A stretch of DNA of 64,000 nucleotides from the human T2T-CHM13v2.0 reference genome, Homo sapiens, in assembly GCF_009914755.1 (NCBI RefSeq), contig NC_060935.1, one strand, 5' to 3'. Below the pieces are notes generated by a model. That model saw only the letters and a program-made list of their open reading frames with translations. It did no database searches and was not told where the DNA came from. The translations under genes were made by a program, and so were the position numbers. Positions 52,524 to 64,000 of the stretch are shown here, one piece after another. Within the stretch, counting starts at the first letter, position 1; every line of letters starts with the position of its first letter.

Positions 52524-53000
52524 TCAATGTTACATCTGGCTCCGGAGCTCAGAGCCGAGAAGCCTCTGGCTGCAGAACCTCGGCCGCACGCCTCCTCTGA
52601 GAGGGGCTGGGACTTAGAGCCGAGAGCTCCTCTGGGAGCCCCACTCCGGCCTGGCTCGGGGGATAATGGCAGGGAAAGCCGACCAGCTGGCCTCAGGGCT
52701 CAGGGCAGGCTGGGCCTTTGGGGCAGTCGCTCACCCTGGGCCCCTCCGATGGGTATCCACACAGCAGATGGCAGTCCCCATGGCAACTCGTGCCACTGGA
52801 CACTGTCCTGGCCGGACGGGAACAAAGGGACCCTGCAGATCTCCCCACCCGCCTGGAGCCTCCAGCAAGCATGTGAGCCTGGAGAAGACCCTGGGCCAGC
52901 GCCAAGAGAAACTGGGAATGGTTCCTGTCCTGGGGATTCGGGGGCAGGGGCTGCTCCCACTGCGTTAAACTCTTGGGATTGCCAGAGAGAATGGCCTGGG
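52518..53000 (-). promoter_or_regulatory. IRAG1: IRAG1 5' UTR / proximal promoter region (TSS not resolvable from sequence)
   Basis: GC-rich, repeat-free stretch with some retained CpGs directly upstream of the first ATG; no strong CpG island. Confidence 0.55.
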
Positions 53001-53387
53001 AGATTCAGCTACTCCCAGACTTGGCACCAGCCCCAGGGATGTCAACCTTGCTCCTCCATTAAACAGCCTGTGGTCTTAACATCGTGGAGCCTCAGTCTCC
53101 TCATCTCTAAAGTGGAAATAATAATGATAATGCCCGACTCACTAGGTAGTCAGGGGATTAAATGAGATGTTAGTCAAGTGTTTAACACACTGCCAGCATC
53201 TCATAAGAGCTAGATCAGTATGAATGAGCTTCCTGCCCCTGCCCAGGAAATCCATACCCTGTCCATACACACTCTTCACCTGCCTTGGGTATAGGGCCTA
53301 CCCAAGGCCAGGATCATGGAGCTCCAAGCTGGGGGCAAGCCACATGGGGACTTCAGCCCCTTCTGTGGTTAGAGCAGCACAGAGAAA

Positions 53388-53542
53388 CCCTAGGTAAAGT
53401 TGCTAGATAAATTACAGGACACCCATTTAAATTTGGATTTCAGATAAACACAGGACATACTTGTATTAAAGACTGTTATTTATCTGAAATTCAAATTTAA
53501 TTAGTCATCCTCTATTTTTGTTTGATAAATCCGGGAACCCTA
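53388..53542. mobile_element. MER3/MER33-like hAT remnant
   Basis: Inverted repeats TTAAATTTGGATTTCAGATAAA / TTTATCTGAAATTCAAATTTAA. Confidence 0.7.
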
Positions 53543-54298
53543 GCTTTTGGCCATCATTAGCCACCCAGAAAACATTCAGTAGTCATGGTAGAGAGCACTA
53601 GGGATTGGAGCTCCCAGGCCTATGGCCTCAAGCTCTCCTGGCAAACACAGTCCTTATGCTCAGCTCCTGGCCACAGATCAGTTGTGCAGCAGTGGCAGAT
53701 GCTCTCCACTGAGCCTGGCCCACTGAGCCTCCATCCCAGCACCTTCCTCAGGCATGTGGTTCTCAGGAAGTCCTGTCTCTTCTGTGTGGTTGTTGTAAGA
53801 GAGATCACTAACAGGGGTGCAGCGCATGAAGTCCGCTACCCTCATCAATAATTGTTTTTTGTAAATGAAACCAGAGGAGGCTGTCTTGGGTACTAGCCAT
53901 GCTTTCTCTCAAGTGTCCACACCTGTCCACATGGAGGTACAGGCTCCCCCCACAACCCCCGTCCCCCACAAAGCCACATGGTGGTAACTACTAGAATTGC
54001 AAGTATATGGTCTAGAAGGAACTGACCAAACTCTTCAGTGCTGTTTCTCCAACTTCAATGTGCATTAGAACCCCCAAGTGTGAAGCTCCTTGGGTTCCTC
54101 TTTCAGAAATTCTAATTCTATGGATCTGACATAGACCCAGAAATCTGCATTTTAGTGAAGGCCCTTGGGTGATTCTCATGTACTTGGTCCAAGGATCCCA
54201 CATTAGGGAATGTCGCTTCAAAGGTTGATCTTGTGAGTCCAGCAGCAGGCACTACAGGGACAATCAAAATCAGAAGTTGAAATGGAACTTAGGGCTGG

Positions 54299-54299
<1 letters not shown>

Positions 54300-54359
<60 letters not shown>
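54300..54359. repeat. (GT)n(GA)n compound microsatellite
   Basis: ~19 GT followed by ~10 GA units. Confidence 0.97.
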
Positions 54360-56490
54360 TTCAAAATCATATATCATATTGAGTACCTACTATATTCCTA
54401 GCATTAGATTAGATGATTTACATAAAAGCACTCTATCCTCACAAGTGTCTACGCCTTTCCTTCAAAAGGAAACTGAGGCTGGAAGAAGTAAAACAACTTG
54501 CTTGATGTTCCACAGCCAGCAAATAAGTGACAGCACTGAGATGTGAATTCAGGTGGTCTGTCCCTAAAGCTCTGTCCTCTTTATCATGCTGCCTCCGTTT
54601 CAGCCAGGGTTTCTGAACCCAGGGTTCACGGATAACCTTCAGGGGTCTCTGAGCCAACTGAAATTGCATGTAAGCCACTACGTGGTTTATGTTTCTCTTG
54701 GGTAAAGACCCACAGCTTTCACCACACAAAGGCATCACCAAATAACTTTTTAATCATTGCATTAGCAATACCATTTTATAAAACACATGACTTGTCAGTG
54801 TGTAAAAATGGAACAAGTTCTATAGAGGACAACTTAGCACTATCAAGATTATACCCTTTGACCCGATTCCACTTCTAGGAATTTATTCTATAAACACACT
54901 CCCACACTTGGGAAACGACAAACGAACAAGATTATTCATTGCAGCATTATTTACAAAAGCAAAAGGATTGGAAACAACATAAATGTCTAGCAACTGGGGC
55001 CATAACAGAAGATGGAGTGCAGCCACAACAAAGGGTGAGGAAGCTCTTGGTGTACTGATCTGAAAAGATTCCAAGATACATTAAGTAGAAAAACTAAAAT
55101 AACAGTGTCTATCAAATGCTACTATTTGAGTGAAAAAGAGTGTGTGTGTGTGTGTGTGTACATATTGTAATATGTACATATATACACACAAATACATATA
55201 TATACTTGCATTCATGTATACACACAAGTTCATATGTGAGTATGCATATCATCTCTAAAATTAGCACAAGAAATGAATAACATTTAGATTAGTGGCCAAT
55301 GGGGAATAAAACTAAGTGGCTGGGGTAAAGACTGACCATGGTTACACCTTATTGATACATTTAAAGTTTTGAATCATATGAGCAAAACATGTGTTTACAT
55401 TAATAAATAATAACAAAACAAAAGCATTGCTGTAAACAGGGATTTACTCAATTCATCTTCCAGCACTGCTTCCCCCAAGTGTCAAAGGGTATTGTCATGA
55501 TCCTGACTAAAGGTTATTATTTTTTTTTACTTCTTACTTTGGAATAATTATAGATACACAGGAAGTTACAAAAATAGTACAAAGACTCCTACATACCGTT
55601 TACCCAGCTTCCCCAACGGAGACATCTTACATCGGTGTTGTACAGTATATTTCAAAGCCAGGAAATTGGCACTGGGATGCTACTGTTAACTAGACTACAC
55701 ATCTTATCCTAAAGGTTATTTTTAAAAGCATAAATTTCTCACAGCTCACTCATCCATTTAAAAATGCTCATTGGGCACCTTTAGTGTGCCAGACATCATG
55801 TGGGACAATGGGATGTGGCAGGAACACTTCAGACCCATCCCTCCCTTGTGTCAGGTAGACCAGTGAAGGCGATCCCTTTACTCCACTGGGAATAGCGTCA
55901 TGGAGGCCTGGGATCCAGCAACGCACAAGGAGTGCTGACCACAGTTCTAAAAAAGGAACTGTGTCCCTTGCTATCATGGAGTTTCACAGCTTGCCCAAAA
56001 GCTGACTTTTAATCCTTAAAAGAGCATGAGCAATTACTCTGGCTATATTTATCCTTGTTCCTGGAGCCACACAGGGATTTGGCCTCGCTCTCCCAAAATC
56101 TTCAGCTTCTCACTCATTCCCATCAGAGACAGTCATGTGTCCTCCGCCTAAAAGCAGGGGCCCAGCAGAGGCAGACTGGCACATAGCTCGGGGAGGCTCT
56201 CCCAACAGGCCATTTAATCCAAGGCCAGGGAAGAAGTTTTAGAGTCTCAGGCAAAAGACATATCCTTGCACCAAGGGGAGCCAAGCAAGGAAAAACAGCT
56301 TCTTGCCAAGAATGCTGCCAGCTCTGCGATCACTTGCTGGGTTGACTTCACTGGGTGTTTTGACTTCCCTACCCCTTTTAGACTTAGGAACTCTGTGATA
56401 TGCTCAGCACTCAGCCCTGGATGAGTGAGTGAGCAAATAAGAGACCACATCTCTAGGAACTGCACCCAGGCAACAATGACAGGTATCATT

Positions 56491-56566
56491 TACTGAACAT
56501 GGTGCCAGGCACTGTCAGCCACTTTACATACTGAACATGGTGCCCAGCACTGTCAGCCACTTTACA
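56491..56566. repeat. 38-bp tandem duplication (2 copies, 2 mismatches) in a MIR-like remnant
   Basis: TACTGAACATGGTGCC(AG/CA)GCACTGTCAGCCACTTTACA x2. Confidence 0.92.
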
Positions 56567-57380
56567 TATACGGTAGAGTTCATCCTCACCAAATCCATGT
56601 GGTGTGGAGCTTCTCACCCTCACATCCTAGATGGGGAAACAGATGCAGGGCAGTCAAGATGCCTGCCGATGTCTTGCAGGGCATAAACCCAGATCTCTCT
56701 GACTTTAGAATTCCCGGGTGTCAGGTTTGAGACTACAAACTGGGAACACAGGTGTCGCTCCCTGTCCCACAACCCCATTAAAATGATAGCAAAGAACTCC
56801 TTAAAAAGGAATAAATTCTTAGCCACAGAAGAATGGAGGGAGAGGGCAGGCATGAGTGGACATATTTCTGGAAGCTGGGAAGGGCATAGAAGAGAGGTGC
56901 CTAATGAGGCAGGGAGAAGGAAGCTTCGGCCTAGCCCTAGACGACATCTAGAGAGGGAGGTCACCAGCTTTGAAACCCCTGAGAGGCTCTGGACTTGAAA
57001 AGCCAGGTGTGACAAGGACAGGAATGAGTTATGGAGCCAAACAGAGAGGGGATGAATTAAAGTTTATGGGCAGAAGGGACAGAAAGGGAATTAAATCAAG
57101 AAGCTTTTGTACTAGATTTGGACTAGATGCCATCAGGCTAAAGTCAAAAAGAACTATAAACAAATATTGAATAGACTTCTTTTTCATAGACATGTGTATT
57201 AGCAATTCTGAAAATACTTTCTTTGTATTCTAGGGTTGAACAAATTAGTAAATATTGGATAATGAGAGCAAAGTTTCTCACTGTCAAAGGAAGGAGTTAC
57301 AAATATGAAAAAGTAGGGAAAATAGAATAAACTATGCAGTATTGTGTTAGAATTATAGGAACTGGAGTAAACAAGATTGC

Positions 57381-57398
57381 TAGATAGGCAGATAGATG

Positions 57399-57438
<40 letters not shown>

Positions 57439-57443
57439 TAGAT
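57381..57443. repeat. (TAGA)n tetranucleotide STR
   Basis: Direct reading. Confidence 0.95.
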
Positions 57444-57455
57444 GTGTATGTGTAT

Positions 57456-59871
<2,416 letters not shown>

Positions 59872-60212
59872 ATATTCCTGCCAAAGATGCATAACCTGAC
59901 TGTAATCGTGAGGAAAAATCCAAATCCAACAAAACTAGCCTGTACTCTTCAAAAATGTCAATATCACAGGAGACACAAATAGACAGAGCAGTTATTTGAA
60001 AAAAAAAAAGGAGACTAAAGAGACATAACAATTGAATGCAACAAATGATCTGGGATTTTCTTTTGCTCTAAAGGACATCACTGAGACAATTGGCAACTTC
60101 TGAATAAGGTCTGTAGACAGTTCAGGGTCCGGGGTAGGCAGGAGATAGCTAAATAGATAGAAGGATAAAACAAAGTATATATAAAATATCAATATTTGGG
60201 TAATGTGGGTGA

Positions 60213-60569
<357 letters not shown>

Positions 60570-61087
60570 TAAGTCTGAAATTATGGCAAAAAAAGAGGGA
60601 GTTGGAGTCTATAAGACAAATCTCAATATAGACAAGATGTATAGACAAACATCAGTCTCCCCTTTACTCTCACCCCCTCCCCTACCTCTGTAAGCAGAAA
60701 GCAAGTTTGGCAATGAGATATTTGATTTCACAACCCCCAACAACAAGAACAATAGCAGCAGAGGGCTCTTCTCTAAGGAAATTGAATAACTTGGGATAAA
60801 TTAGACCAGCTCCTATGGGAGCTGCTGCTGCCCCTAAGTAAAGAAAGCCCTCTGCAGTCCAGCATTTGGAGGTGGGATGGCAAAACAGAGTGGGCTGAAA
60901 GCGCAGCCCCATCCTCTAAAGCAGAGGTCCTTAACCTTGGCTATATGTTAGGATCACTGCTTTAACTGTTTTCAGAGATGTGGCCCCAGGCATTGGTAAT
61001 TTGCTAAAGTTCTTCAGGTGATTCCAGTACTGGCCACAGCCCTGATGCACCAGTTCTCAAATTGGCTGCACAATGCTTCCCCTAGGG

Positions 61088-61379
61088 ATTGTTTAAAACC
61101 AGTGATCAGCTGGGCTCTGTGACTCACACCTGTAATCTCAGCACTTTGGGAGGCAGGCGAATCATTTGAGGTCAGGAGTTCAAGACCAGCCTGGCCAACA
61201 TGGTGAAACCCAGTTTCTACTAAAAATACAAAAATTAGCCAGGCGTGTGGCAGAAGCCTGTAATCCCAGCTACTCAGGAGCTGAAGCAGGAGAATCGATT
61301 AAATGTGGGAGGCGGAGGTTGCAGTGAGCCGAAATCGCGCCACTGCACTCTAGCCCGGGCGACAGAGCGAGACTCTGTC

Positions 61380-61411
<32 letters not shown>

Positions 61412-61412
61412 A
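61088..61412 (+). mobile_element. Alu (AluS-like) with (CAAT)n tail
   Basis: Dimeric Alu consensus. Confidence 0.92.
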
Positions 61413-62854
61413 CCACTGACGCCTGGGTCCTATCCCCCCATCCCAAAAAAGCTCTGATTAAATTGGCAAGATTTGTGATTTTGGAAAGCCACTCCCTAAC
61501 AGAGAATTACATTAAAGTGGAACAATCCCCACCCTTGAGCAAAGCGAGCCGGCAAAGCAGGCCACCTGTGCACTCAGAGCTAACAGCTCCTCTATTGCTT
61601 CAGTCTTACCTGGGCAGCAAAGGACAACCAGGTATTTAGGAAAGCCCACCTGAAAGGAAAACATAAAACCAAACACAGTCATGCCTCAAGGTCTTTGCAT
61701 TTGCTCTTCCCTCTGTCTGGAATGCTCTTCCTCTAGGTCTCCACATGGCTCACACGCTCACCTTCTTCAGGTCTCTACTCAAACATTGATTCCCAAAGAG
61801 GTGTTGTCTGATCACCTTATTCATGATACGGAGCCCCACCCCTGCCGAGGCAGTCCTATCCTTATTTTCTGTTTTACTTCACAGCACCTGTTACCATCTG
61901 ACAAACTTTATATTCTAATTAATTTATTTATTTGTCTCTCTCTCTCTCTCCCACAGCCTTCCCGATATGAGTTCCATAAGGACTGGGTTTTTGTCTATTT
62001 TGTTAATCTCTCTTTTCCTGGTAACTAGAATAGTGTATGGACATAGTAGGCCTACAATAAATTTAGACTGAAGAAATGAATGAGCAGAAAAATATGGCCA
62101 TGGAGAAAACAAAGATAATCCAGGAAACAGAAGATAATTGTTAAAATAATTCTAACTAGTATCCACAGAAAGATTTTTTAAAAATTGCAATCTAATTTTA
62201 AAAATGAGAACAAAAGAGAACTCTTGGATATCAAGATAATGCCAAAATTAAATTTCCAAAGGTGAGGTGGAAGAATTCCACTGCCATAAAGCAGAACAGA
62301 CAGAAAAAGGGATAGGAAAGAGAAAAAATAAGAGGCATAGAGAACCAAACCAAGGGATCCCAATGAATAGAAATTCCAGGAAAAGAAAAAAAAAAAAAAG
62401 ATAAAGTAGAAGGAAGGACATTATCGAAGAAATAATAGAAATTTCCCCTGGGGCAAAGGACACGAGTCTACAGACTGAAAGAACTCACACGGTGCCTCAC
62501 ACGCAAAAATGAGAAAAGGCGTACACTTGGACATAACGCTGTGGAATTTAGACCAACAAGGAAACAGAGAAGAAACCAAAAACTTCCAGGGAGGAGGTAG
62601 GGGTGGGGGGAGGGGGAACAGGCCACCTGCCAAGGAATGAAAATCAAAGTAGTGTGAGTGAGCTCCTGCAACATCTATCATAGTATAAAGTCAAAGGATA
62701 AAGTCTAAATCTCATAAATCACTTCTATAATTTAGAGTTATGGCAGTAACTATCCAAAGAGACAATTAAAGAGGTCCCCTTGGGATATGTCTGTAATTCA
62801 TACATTATTTATATTATTCATCATTACAGTAGTATCCATCTAAAGACATAGTTA

Positions 62855-63247
<393 letters not shown>

Positions 63248-64000
63248 TTAAAAAGCAATGTGGAGGTATTGCTTTTATTTAAAAATTATTTTAAAAATAA
63301 AAAAAATTAAAATAAGTGCCTAGGTGTTCTTTCCATTAGAAGGAGGCCCTGAGGTAGGCTGGTGGGGAGAAAGAGGGAGCAAAAGGGTCTTGGCATCCTG
63401 ACTGGAGGGAACAGCTACTGGAAACATTGTCATCTACTTTCTGCATTCTGCCCCAAGAGCATGACTTACCCATTCATTCCACAGATATGCACTATGTACA
63501 TACCTTGTGCCTAGGCCTCTGCTAGGCAGGGAGGCTCAGAGGTGGGCAAGATATGGCTCCTGCCCTCCAGGAGGTGATAGTATAAGACTTCAACAAGTCA
63601 GTAACATCCATAATACAAGCTATGTGAAAGTGGTGTGCAAGCTCTGTTGTTGTGCTTACATGAGGTGTTGTTAGTAGAACTATTCTATAAGGAAGAACAC
63701 AGTCAGTACCATGGATGGGCAGTAGTTAGGGATCACTGAGCTTGAACCAAGTGCTGCAGGAGCTCCGAGGAAGAAGTGGAGCATTGGGAAGATTTGCTTT
63801 CTAGTTGACATTTGAGGCAGTTATTAAGTCCAAACAGGTCAAGGTTTCAAAGGATGGAGAGTGGGTCAGGGAGGGTCTTCTTCCCAGGTAAAGAAGTAGT
63901 ACATGCCTAGGTATGGCGAAGTGTTCAGGAATGCAGTAGTAGGGGTTCTGTTTTGGGGCTGGCTGAGTAGGTCAGATAATGAAGGAGCCTTAAACCCCAG

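Noticed and set aside
52527-53165. 212-aa + strand ORF over the promoter
   Set aside because: GC-rich composition explains the lack of stops; no recognisable homology or splice structure.

Overview
Human genomic DNA (Alu/L1/MIR/L2/MaLR-rich, with a young AluYb8) containing the 5' end of IRAG1 (MRVI1) on the minus strand. Coding exon 1 (ATG at 52517, donor after 52451) splices across a 41.4-kb intron to coding exon 2 (11050-10893) and gives an intact frame MVKAPQ...[17 protein letters not shown]...QSPAGQ; intron 2 runs off the left edge. About 11 kb of repeat-rich upstream sequence lies to the right. Almost all ORFs in the supplied track are spurious (repeat- or chance-derived). There is no prokaryote-type system or CRISPR array. 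The most interesting signals are in the IRAG1 5' architecture: (i) an antisense Alu converted into a 105-nt in-frame cassette exon with consensus splice sites; (ii) a candidate intronic terminal exon with AATAAA that would give a 33/68-aa microprotein; (iii) tandem acceptors and three alternative start codons at exon 2; (iv) a CArG box and an ATG-TAA start-stop element packed onto the first start codon. Other oddities: a 50-bp-arm hairpin, a ~217-bp dispersed duplication, an interstitial telomere repeat, a minisatellite with 67-bp higher-order structure, and a ~355-nt pure purine tract. Repeat subfamily calls and SNP identifiers are from memory and need verification.
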